From: Candidatus Hydrogenedens sp.
Lineage (GTDB): Bacteria; Hydrogenedentota; Hydrogenedentia; Hydrogenedentales; Hydrogenedentaceae
NCBI GenBank assembly: GCA_035378955.1
Contig: DAOSUS010000001.1
Coordinates: 20,580-84,579 of the forward strand
Direction of reading: 5' to 3'
DNA: 64,000 nucleotides
The notes under the pieces are model-generated. The model made no database searches, was not told the origin of the DNA, and worked only from the letters and a program-made list of their open reading frames with translations. Below, in pieces: positions 10,492-19,178 of this stretch. The position numbers and the translations under genes are program-made. Numbering within the stretch: the first letter of the stretch is position 1; every line of letters starts with the position of its first letter.

Positions 10492-12879
10492 ATGATATTT
10501 ACGAAGTATTTATATAAATTGCTTGTTATTCATTTACTATTGGTATATAGTTTTGCATGGACACAATCCCCAGATGCCCTTTCCGATGAAAACACACAAC
10601 TCGATTTTGCTAACGGTCTTTATAGCCGTCAGTTTTTCAAAGAAGCCATCGATGAATATAAAAAGTTTATTGCCCAATATCCCAATTCTCCTAAAATTGG
10701 CGAAGTCTATCTCCGTTTAGGGAAATCTGCTCTCATAGAGAAGCAATATGAAACGGCTATTAGTGCCTTTGACCAGGTAATTAGTAAAGTCTCTGACGCC
10801 AACCAACGAATGGAAGCAATACTTCGCAAAGGGGAATGTTTTTATTATCTCAAACGCTGGGCAGAATGCGGTGAAACATTAAAACCTTTGATTGAGGAAA
10901 CAACACCTCCCGACTATCGTCCTCGGGCTATGTATTTCTACGCCCGTTCTCTTACACAAACTCAAAACTTTGAGTCCGCAATATCTGTATTACAAAACAT
11001 GATAAAAGATTTTCCAGAATATTCATTGACACCCTTCGCAAAATATGTTTTAGGAACTATCTATACCCGTCTTAATCAATTAGAAAATGCAGTATCGGTC
11101 CTTTCTGAAGTGGCATCTAACGAAAAGGTAGACCCTCAATTGCGTATGGAGTGCAACTTCCGCGTTGCAGAGATATACTCCCAGTTAGGCTGGTATGAAA
11201 GCGCCATGAATGCTTATCAAACACTTAAAACACAATTTAAAGAAGGTCCCTATAAAGAAAAATCGGATTTTGGATACTTATGGACACTCTATCAGGCAAA
11301 GAAATTCGCAGAAGCGATAAATGAAGGAAAAACTTTCCTTCAGAATTATCCTCAATCGGAAAAGAAACCTTTTGCCATGTATATCCTTGCCAACTCATTG
11401 CTGGAACAAAACCTGTTAGATGAAGCCCTGTCTTTCTATAATTCCTTACGACAACAATACGCTGATACCTCCTACGCAACTGAAGCACTCTACAAAATAG
11501 CATGGATACACTTTTTAAAGAATGACTCTACCACGGCAAAAACGACTGTAACAGAGTTTCTGGATAAAGCCCGTGAGTCTCCATTGCGACCCGATGCTTA
11601 CTTTTTATTAGGTTCATTATATACAGCCGAAGGGAATTATGAAGATGCGATGGAAGAGTTCCAAATGGTATACGAGAAATATCCAACCTCTAAATTTGCC
11701 CCTGAGGCATTATATAAATCGGCAGAATGTGCAGAATTGTTAGGCATTACGAAACCTGCAATTCAATTATACAATCGTTTTATCCAGACCTATCCCCAGC
11801 ATACATTAATTGTTTCTGCTTATCTTCGTTATGGCGATTTACAGGGCAAAGATGGAAATTGGGAAGAAGCATTGAAAACATATCTCCAAGCAAAGGAAAT
11901 TTCGGAAAATAATCCCCTACAAGAGCAGGTATTTATACGACTGGCTAGCTGTTACGAACAATTGCATAAAAGAGAAGAAGCCTTTCAAACCTATCAAGAT
12001 TTTATAAATAAATTTCCGCAATCCCAATACGCCCCGGATATGAAATTAAAATTAGGAACTTATTATCTAAAAGAAAAGAAAGACCCTATTAAATCCATTG
12101 ATTCCTTGCAAAGTTTATTATCTCAAAATCCTCCCCCAATAATTGCAGGACAAACATGGCTGGCAATTAGCATCGCTTATTATGAAGTAAAAGACTACGA
12201 AAAATCTGCAGAAGCATTATTTAAAACCATTTCAGATTATCCTCAGGTTACGGTTGGAGAAGAACAGTTTGCCTGGTTAGCCCAGTATTATCTGGATGCT
12301 AAAAAATGGGACCTGGCTCGTCAGGTGTTAAAACGAATGCAAGAGGTATTGAAAGATTATCCCGCTCCTCAAAGATTACAGTTCCGTTATGCAGAATGTA
12401 TCCATAATTTAGGAAAGTTAGATGAAGCCATCAAAGAATACCAAAAGGTTGTAGATATGGCTCCCTCTTCCACATCTGCGACAGAATCTTTATATCGCAT
12501 AGCCCAGATTTATGAACAAACAAATCAGCTTCCTCAAGCACTGGAATTTTATGAACGCTGTGCTAATAATGGAGGAAGTGAAACGAGCGCCCGTGCCCAA
12601 TTTCGACTCTCAGAAATTTACGAAAACAAAGGTGAGATTGAAAAAGCCGGAAAAAATTATCTGAAAGTGGCTATCCTTTATCTTCATCCCGAACTTTCTC
12701 CCGAAGCATTATGGCGTTCTGGAAATTGTTATTTAAAGATTAATGAAAAAGAAAACGCTCAAAGAGCGTTTCAAGAACTATTAGACGATTTTCCTTCGCA
12801 TCCTCTGGCGGAAAAGGTAAAAAGTATGTTGTCCAGCGAAAAAGAAAATACAGCGGCTTTATCGACAGAACCGAGGTAG
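10492..12879 (+). CDS. Large tetratricopeptide-repeat protein (secreted/periplasmic)
   Basis: 795 aa with a signal peptide and many TPR-like helical repeats (YxxA...G...A patterns throughout). Confidence 0.8.
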   Translation: MIFTKYLYKLLVIHLLLVYSFAWTQSPDALSDENTQLDFANGLYSRQFFKEAIDEYKKFIAQYPNSPKIGEVYLRLGKSALIEKQYETAISAFDQVISKVSDANQRMEAILRKGECFYYLKRWAECGETLKPLIEETTPPDYRPRAMYFYARSLTQTQNFESAISVLQNMIKDFPEYSLTPFAKYVLGTIYTRLNQLENAVSVLSEVASNEKVDPQLRMECNFRVAEIYSQLGWYESAMNAYQTLKTQFKEGPYKEKSDFGYLWTLYQAKKFAEAINEGKTFLQNYPQSEKKPFAMYILANSLLEQNLLDEALSFYNSLRQQYADTSYATEALYKIAWIHFLKNDSTTAKTTVTEFLDKARESPLRPDAYFLLGSLYTAEGNYEDAMEEFQMVYEKYPTSKFAPEALYKSAECAELLGITKPAIQLYNRFIQTYPQHTLIVSAYLRYGDLQGKDGNWEEALKTYLQAKEISENNPLQEQVFIRLASCYEQLHKREEAFQTYQDFINKFPQSQYAPDMKLKLGTYYLKEKKDPIKSIDSLQSLLSQNPPPIIAGQTWLAISIAYYEVKDYEKSAEALFKTISDYPQVTVGEEQFAWLAQYYLDAKKWDLARQVLKRMQEVLKDYPAPQRLQFRYAECIHNLGKLDEAIKEYQKVVDMAPSSTSATESLYRIAQIYEQTNQLPQALEFYERCANNGGSETSARAQFRLSEIYENKGEIEKAGKNYLKVAILYLHPELSPEALWRSGNCYLKINEKENAQRAFQELLDDFPSHPLAEKVKSMLSSEKENTAALSTEPR

Positions 12880-12883
12880 ATTT

Positions 12884-14710
12884 ATGTCCAGGGCGAACAT
12901 AAAAAATAATCGTTCTATATCTTCAGGAACCATCGAATTCCTGAGGAGTAAACGCGTTCGCTTCTGGGTTAGCGTTATCATTAGCCTCATCTTATACTTC
13001 TCAATCATTTATTCCTCTCAATATATCCCCTTATTTGTAACAGGACCGAATCGAATTCCTCTAAACATCCGCGTCAAATTAGTTGATGAAAAAATAACTG
13101 TTTCCCAACAAATGGAGGAACCTATCAGCACATCCCTGTCTACCCGTCCTATTTCGTTCCAGAAATTTATAGATGAAATACTTCCATCTACAGAGATACC
13201 CGAACCTCCTCATGCTTCATCCTTACAAAAGGAAGAATTAGCCAAACAGGCCGTAACAGAACTTATTGACCGACCCACAGAAACTTCTACACCGGACGAA
13301 GTTATCCAGCAAGTAGAAGAGCGAATCCTTATGATTGAAAAAGAATCCGAAAAGGATACCGTAGATGTTGCCCGTCGAATACTACCGCCACCCGAAGAAA
13401 ATATAATAAAACCCGACGAAACGCCTACCTTCTCCCTGGATAACACAGTCCTATCCTCACAGGGAACGCCAATTTCCTCGTCGGATATACCGCGTATAAT
13501 TGGGACTTCACCCGCTACCGAACAAACCTCTTCGGAAACTACAGAAACAAATCAAGCCCCCGTTGTATTAGTACCCGAATTAGAACCCATAGAACCCCCC
13601 ATCCCAATAGAACAAGTTTTAGAACAGGAAATTATTGAACAACCTATCATGGAAGAAACTCAAAAAGAAAAAGAAAGCCGTCCGTATGAATTCTGGGATG
13701 ACCTATTTGAATTACAGTTAAAAACATATTACGAACAAGATAAAAAGCAGGGGTTCTTTCAATTGGTTATCTCCCCTAAAAAAGAGGCTAAAATCACTCC
13801 ATTGCAAAAACAGGTTGCTTTTATTATTGACAGTTCCGCAAGTATAGGACAGCGGAAATTAGACCAAACAATAAAGGGCGTTCGTGAGGCATTGCAGCAA
13901 CTTCGTAAGGAAGACCTTTTTAATATTATTCTATTCCGTGAACGGGCTTCATTTTTTGCAGAAGGATATATAAAGGCAACATCAGAAAATAAAAATTCGG
14001 CTCAAAAATTTTTGCAACAAATACCTTCAACCGGACAAACCGATGTTTTTAACTCCGTTCGCCAAATAATACAAATTCCTACAACCCCCGGATTGCCTAA
14101 TATCCTCTGGTTATACTCCGATGGAAAACCGACTATTGGCCTTCGCGATACCCGTGCCATTATTGCTAATCTTACATTAGAAAATCAGGGCAAATATGAA
14201 ATATTTACAACAGGTGGAGGAAACACGGTTGACCGATACCTTCTGGAATTGCTTGCTTACTTAAATCGTGGGTTTTGTGTAATTCGGAACAATATAGACC
14301 AGTTTTCCACAGCGATACCGCAAGCATTCCAAAAAATACAAAACCCCATACTTATTGATGTATCTATGGACTTTGGTGCAATACCTCGCGATAACATATA
14401 TCCTTTCATCTTTCCTAACTTTTATCAGGGTGTCCCTGTTTCTATCTTCGGAAAGTTTAATCCGGAGACCCAGAAAAATTTCGTATTCCGTCTTCAAGGA
14501 AATGCGGCAGGCAAACGAAAGGAAATTATTTTCCGCGCCGATTTATCCCAATCCAGTTCGGGCGATTTTGATATTGCACAAAAATGGGCTTTTCATAAGG
14601 CTTTTTATATAATAGGTAGAATCGTCCGTGAGGGCGAAAAACCTGAATTATTACAAATATTAAACGAACTTAAAGAAAAATATAACATTAAAACAACTTA
14701 TACGCCATGA
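12884..14710 (+). CDS. Membrane-anchored protein with a TonB-like N-terminal TM and Pro/Glu-rich linker, followed by a von Willebrand factor A domain
   Basis: TM at about residues 25-45; Pro/Glu-rich linker (PEPPHASS, PPPEENIIKPDETP, PELEPIEPPIPIEQ); VWA MIDAS motif VAFIIDSSASIG. Confidence 0.7.
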   Translation: MSRANIKNNRSISSGTIEFLRSKRVRFWVSVIISLILYFSIIYSSQYIPLFVTGPNRIPLNIRVKLVDEKITVSQQMEEPISTSLSTRPISFQKFIDEILPSTEIPEPPHASSLQKEELAKQAVTELIDRPTETSTPDEVIQQVEERILMIEKESEKDTVDVARRILPPPEENIIKPDETPTFSLDNTVLSSQGTPISSSDIPRIIGTSPATEQTSSETTETNQAPVVLVPELEPIEPPIPIEQVLEQEIIEQPIMEETQKEKESRPYEFWDDLFELQLKTYYEQDKKQGFFQLVISPKKEAKITPLQKQVAFIIDSSASIGQRKLDQTIKGVREALQQLRKEDLFNIILFRERASFFAEGYIKATSENKNSAQKFLQQIPSTGQTDVFNSVRQIIQIPTTPGLPNILWLYSDGKPTIGLRDTRAIIANLTLENQGKYEIFTTGGGNTVDRYLLELLAYLNRGFCVIRNNIDQFSTAIPQAFQKIQNPILIDVSMDFGAIPRDNIYPFIFPNFYQGVPVSIFGKFNPETQKNFVFRLQGNAAGKRKEIIFRADLSQSSSGDFDIAQKWAFHKAFYIIGRIVREGEKPELLQILNELKEKYNIKTTYTP

Positions 14711-16368
14711 TGATACTCGCAAGTAAATGGATTGAATTTCTTCTCTCAAATTCTACAGAACAGAAGAGATTTCTCTCTAACACCTATGGTAATGCAGGGC
14801 AAGAACGAATTAAATTAATTATTCAGACCTTGCAAAAATTTATTGATACATTGGGTGATAAACATGTTTTCATCACAAGATGTCCCGGTAGAATAAACCT
14901 TCGTGGAATGCATATAGATACACACGGGGGGTTTTTAAACCTGATGACCATTGAACAAGAACTTGTTTTAATAGGACACCCCCGTGATGATGATAAGTTT
15001 TGTATATACAATTTAGAAACCAAACACAAACCCTTTCTTTCCTCTTTCCGCTCTTTGCAAAAGGAATATCCCCTCCAATCCTCATGGAAAGATATTTGCC
15101 ATCATGCTCAAAATCGCACCGATACTTCCAGCCATTGGCACCAATATATTATCGGCACACTTCTTCGTTTTGCCCAACAAACAAAAAGACCTCTGACAAC
15201 AGGTATCGAAGTTGTCGTGGGTGGGGATATTCCCGAAGGTTCTGCATTAAGTTCCTCGCATGCTTTATGTATTGTTTTGCTTCAGGCTCTTATGTATAAC
15301 AGTCATGATAATTTTGAGATAACAACTCAATTGAAAATGGTTCAGGATGCGGAATGGTTTACCGGAGCAAGAAGTGGACTTAGTGACCAGACAGCGGAGT
15401 TATTAGGGAAAAAGGATACTTTATTAGGCGTTCGTCTTAATCCCGAAACAGCAGAAATATTAGAAATGAATTATCATCCCTTTCCGAACGATGTTTCTGT
15501 AATTATTACCAATTCCAGAACGCAACGAGACATCAGTTCAACCCATGCTGTTTCCTATATTAAAAATCGCTTCGCCTATTCCGTAGCATTAACGATATTA
15601 AAGGAAATTTTGAAATCACAAGGAGTAGACGCAGATACATTAAAAAATTTCCAGTCTCTTGCCGATTTTTCACCAGAACGACTTGGTGGAATTCGAAACC
15701 TTTATACACTATTTCGTGCCATTCCTCATGCTTTGCCCGTCAAAACATTACTTGAAGATTTTGATATTCCCGGTATTCATGAAACTTTCGAACGATATTA
15801 CGGACATCTTCCCCAAGAAGAACATCCCAAAGTAGTTCCTATACGCGGACCTTTAGTTTTTGGTATTTGCGAATCTATTCGAGCCCGATATTTCTTCGAA
15901 GCCATACAACAGGGCGACATATTAATGGCAGGCTATTTAATGACATTAGGACATAATGGCGACCGTATTCTTGATACCTCAGGCAATCCCTTCCATCGAG
16001 AAGTAACCGACGATATGTTATTCGTGTATGAAGACCTTCAAATTGCACCTTACTCCCTCATAGGTGATTTCGGTGCCAGCACCCCTGTCCTCGACAAATT
16101 AGTGGATATAGCGAACGAGAACGGGGCTTTGGGCTCATCCCTCACAGGTGCAGGATTAGGCGGAGTTGTATTAAGTCTTTGCAAAAAGGAAGATACCCCT
16201 ACCATAAAAAAGGCATTACAAAACTGGCTTTGCTCGGATGAGTATGCACAACTTTTAAACCGCCCATCACCACTCTCACCTGAAGAATCTGAAAAATCTA
16301 TGTTTGTCCATAACTCCACTCAAGGGGCAAATGTAATACCTGCTCCGAATTTATCTCTTGTTCACTAA
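14707..16368 (+). CDS. GHMP-family sugar kinase (galactokinase-like), with long extensions
   Basis: GRINLRGMHIDTHGG (galactokinase-type signature) and VVGGDIPEGSALSSSHAL (the GHMP ATP-binding PxGSGLSSSA motif). 4-nt start overlap with the VWA gene. Confidence 0.75.
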   Translation: MMILASKWIEFLLSNSTEQKRFLSNTYGNAGQERIKLIIQTLQKFIDTLGDKHVFITRCPGRINLRGMHIDTHGGFLNLMTIEQELVLIGHPRDDDKFCIYNLETKHKPFLSSFRSLQKEYPLQSSWKDICHHAQNRTDTSSHWHQYIIGTLLRFAQQTKRPLTTGIEVVVGGDIPEGSALSSSHALCIVLLQALMYNSHDNFEITTQLKMVQDAEWFTGARSGLSDQTAELLGKKDTLLGVRLNPETAEILEMNYHPFPNDVSVIITNSRTQRDISSTHAVSYIKNRFAYSVALTILKEILKSQGVDADTLKNFQSLADFSPERLGGIRNLYTLFRAIPHALPVKTLLEDFDIPGIHETFERYYGHLPQEEHPKVVPIRGPLVFGICESIRARYFFEAIQQGDILMAGYLMTLGHNGDRILDTSGNPFHREVTDDMLFVYEDLQIAPYSLIGDFGASTPVLDKLVDIANENGALGSSLTGAGLGGVVLSLCKKEDTPTIKKALQNWLCSDEYAQLLNRPSPLSPEESEKSMFVHNSTQGANVIPAPNLSLVH

Positions 16369-17463
16369 AAATGATTTAATCCCTTCGACAACATACGCTA
16401 CCTCTTCAGGAGTCATTTCGGGATAGATAGGTAACGCCAACACCTCCTGAGAGGCTTTTTCTGCTTGCGGATATTTTTCCTGTGATGAAGCAAATGGACG
16501 GAAGCAGGGTTGCAGATGAATTGGAATGGGATAAAACACAGCCGTAGAAATACCTCGCTCCTGAAGAAACTGCCGTGCCTTATCACGGTCAGGAATACGA
16601 ATAACATATTGATGATATATAGCATAACTACCTTCCCGTTCCACAGGAAGTTGCAATTCCGAAATTTCTTTCAAATGTTCCGTATAATAACGGGCTATCT
16701 CCCTTCGTTTCTCATTCCATTCCTGCAAATAACGAAGTTTTACACTTAATATACCTGCCTGTAATGTATGTAAATGGCTGTTATAACCAATGCACTCATG
16801 CTCATAAGTCTTTTTAGAGCCATGACAACGCAATAACAAAATTCGTTCTGCTATTTGTTTATCATTTGTCGTAATCAATCCCCCTTCTCCCATAGCTCCT
16901 AAATTTTTTGTCGGGTAAAAACTAAAAGCACCTGCATCACCCCAATTGCCTGCCTTTTTTTCAAATAAATGGGCTCCCATGGCTTGGGCAGAATCCTCAA
17001 GAATAGAAAGGGAATATCGTTTCGCTAAACTTACAAAAGCTCCCATGTCTACACATTGACCATACAAATGAACAGGAAGTAAAATTTTCGTTCGCTCGGA
17101 AATTTTCTTTTCTACTTCTTGGGGATTTAAATGATAGGTATCAGGTTCAATATCTGCAAACACAGGGATACCTCCCGCCAACACAATGCTACTGGCAGTA
17201 GCGATAAAAGAAAACGGTGTAGTAATTACCTCATCACCCGATTGTAAACCTAAAGCCTTTAATCCAATTACCAGTGCATCCGTTCCCGAGCCCACACCTA
17301 TAGCATAAGAACATTGAATAAACGCCTTTACCTCTTCCTCAAACCGTGCAAGAACATTACCCCCCCGAAATTGTTGTGTTTCCAGAACCTCCTCTATGGC
17401 TTTTAAAATCTCTTCTTTCATGTGTCTATATTGAGCCTTTAAGTTTAACATCGGAACTTGCAT
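16351..17463 (-). CDS. DegT/DnrJ/EryC1/StrS-family PLP-dependent sugar aminotransferase
   Basis: Family-typical N-terminus (MQVPMLNLKAQY...), SFYPTKNLGAMGEGG lysine motif. Its 3' end overlaps the convergent kinase gene by 18 nt. Confidence 0.85.
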   Translation of the reverse strand: MQVPMLNLKAQYRHMKEEILKAIEEVLETQQFRGGNVLARFEEEVKAFIQCSYAIGVGSGTDALVIGLKALGLQSGDEVITTPFSFIATASSIVLAGGIPVFADIEPDTYHLNPQEVEKKISERTKILLPVHLYGQCVDMGAFVSLAKRYSLSILEDSAQAMGAHLFEKKAGNWGDAGAFSFYPTKNLGAMGEGGLITTNDKQIAERILLLRCHGSKKTYEHECIGYNSHLHTLQAGILSVKLRYLQEWNEKRREIARYYTEHLKEISELQLPVEREGSYAIYHQYVIRIPDRDKARQFLQERGISTAVFYPIPIHLQPCFRPFASSQEKYPQAEKASQEVLALPIYPEMTPEEVAYVVEGIKSFLVNKR

Positions 17464-17632
17464 AAAACAAAACTATCCTCCATTTGCCAATAATAGAATT
17501 CCTAGGAGAGATATCTCATGAAACAAAACATATATATAGAGCAAATACATGTCTACCTTCTCCCCTTTTATTACTAAAAAGCATTTATTAAAATTTTCAA
17601 TTCATTTTTAATAAATAAAAGAATAGAGACGA

Positions 17633-19150
17633 TTACATTTTTTGCATACTATTCAAGAAATCAGCGTTGTTCTTTGTTTTCTTTAACTTTTCAATCAGCA
17701 ATTCTGTTGCTTCAACAGTATCCAGCGGACTTAATACACGCAGTAATAACCAAATTTTTTCAAGGTCTTCTTTAGCAATAAGCAATTCTTCTTTTCGTGT
17801 CCGTGAAAGCATCACATTAATTGCTGGGAATATCCGTTTTTCCATCAAACGACGATCTAAATGGATTTCCATATTCCCCGTGCCTTTAAATTCTTCAAAG
17901 ATAACATCGTCCATACGACTGCCTGTATCAATTAATGCGGTGGAAAGGATAGTTAAACTTCCACCTTCTTCTACCTTTCTTGCAGCACCGAAAAACCGTT
18001 TCGGTTTTTGTAATGCGTTGGCTTCAATACCACCCGATAACACTTTTCCGCTGGATGGCACAAGCACATTATAGGCACGGGCAAGGCGTGTCATTGAGTC
18101 CAACAAAATTACCACATCTTTTTTATGCTCCACAAGTCGTTTGGCTTTGTTCAAAACCATCTCTGCCACCTGAACATGCCTATCCGGGGGCTCATCGAAA
18201 GTAGATGCAATAACTTCCGCAGCAACGGAACGCCTCATATCCGTAACTTCTTCAGGTCTTTCATCAATAAGCAATACAATAATAGTAACCTCCGGATGAT
18301 TTTTGGTAATACTATTAGCTATTTTCTGCAGCAAAACGGTTTTCCCGGTAAATGGTGCGGCAACAATAAGCCCGCGTTGTCCTTTGCCGATAGGGGAAAT
18401 AAGGTCCATAATCCGCATGGCTATTTCATCCGAGGTCGTTTCAAGATAGAACCGTTCATTGGGATGAAGGGGAGTTAAACTATCAAAAAGCAATCGCTGA
18501 TGAGCAATTTCGGGAGGGTCCCCATTTACAGATTCTACCTTCAACAGAGCAAAATACCGTTCCCCTTCTTTCGGTGGGCGAACATGCCCACGGATAGTAT
18601 CCCCCGTCCACAATCCAAATTTGCGTATCTGAGACGGGGACACATATATATCATCCGGTCCCGGAAGATATGAAGCATCCGGAGAACGCAAAAAACCATA
18701 ATTATCAGGCAATATTTCCAGTGTCCCTTCACCAACAACAGAACCGGAATGCTCAAAACTTTTTTGTAAAATCTTGAAGATAAGGTCTTGTTTTTTTAGT
18801 GAACCTGGGTCATCAATTGCCAAATTTCCCGCTATTTCACTTAATTGAGGGACAGACATCTTTTTCAAATCTGCAATCGAAATTTCAGGTCCGTCTGTCC
18901 GAATTTCATCAAATTCCTCTTCTGCCACATCCAGCACAGGAGGCCTTTTCGTTGGATTTTGATGATTGTTTCGATTGTTCCGATTGTTTCGGACATTTCG
19001 GTTTGAATTTTGATGAGAGTTTGAACGATGTGAGTAAGTCTTTTTGTTGCCCATAGTTCCAAACTTCCGTTGTTCATGTTGTTTGTTGTTTACTGTTGTT
19101 CGATAATCATTCATAAAAAATTCCTTATTTTCTAATAGCGAAAGACACAT
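17633..19150 (-). CDS. rho: Transcription termination factor Rho with an N/Q/R-rich N-terminal extension
   Basis: Near-identical blocks to canonical Rho (YFALLKV, Walker [40 protein letters not shown]). About 70 aa low-complexity N-terminus ([18 protein letters not shown]). The exact start is uncertain (Mets at 19150, 19114, 19054). Confidence 0.9.
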   Translation of the reverse strand: MCLSLLENKEFFMNDYRTTVNNKQHEQRKFGTMGNKKTYSHRSNSHQNSNRNVRNNRNNRNNHQNPTKRPPVLDVAEEEFDEIRTDGPEISIADLKKMSVPQLSEIAGNLAIDDPGSLKKQDLIFKILQKSFEHSGSVVGEGTLEILPDNYGFLRSPDASYLPGPDDIYVSPSQIRKFGLWTGDTIRGHVRPPKEGERYFALLKVESVNGDPPEIAHQRLLFDSLTPLHPNERFYLETTSDEIAMRIMDLISPIGKGQRGLIVAAPFTGKTVLLQKIANSITKNHPEVTIIVLLIDERPEEVTDMRRSVAAEVIASTFDEPPDRHVQVAEMVLNKAKRLVEHKKDVVILLDSMTRLARAYNVLVPSSGKVLSGGIEANALQKPKRFFGAARKVEEGGSLTILSTALIDTGSRMDDVIFEEFKGTGNMEIHLDRRLMEKRIFPAINVMLSRTRKEELLIAKEDLEKIWLLLRVLSPLDTVEATELLIEKLKKTKNNADFLNSMQKM

Positions 19151-19178
19151 TCGCTATTATTTCCAAATCTTACATATA

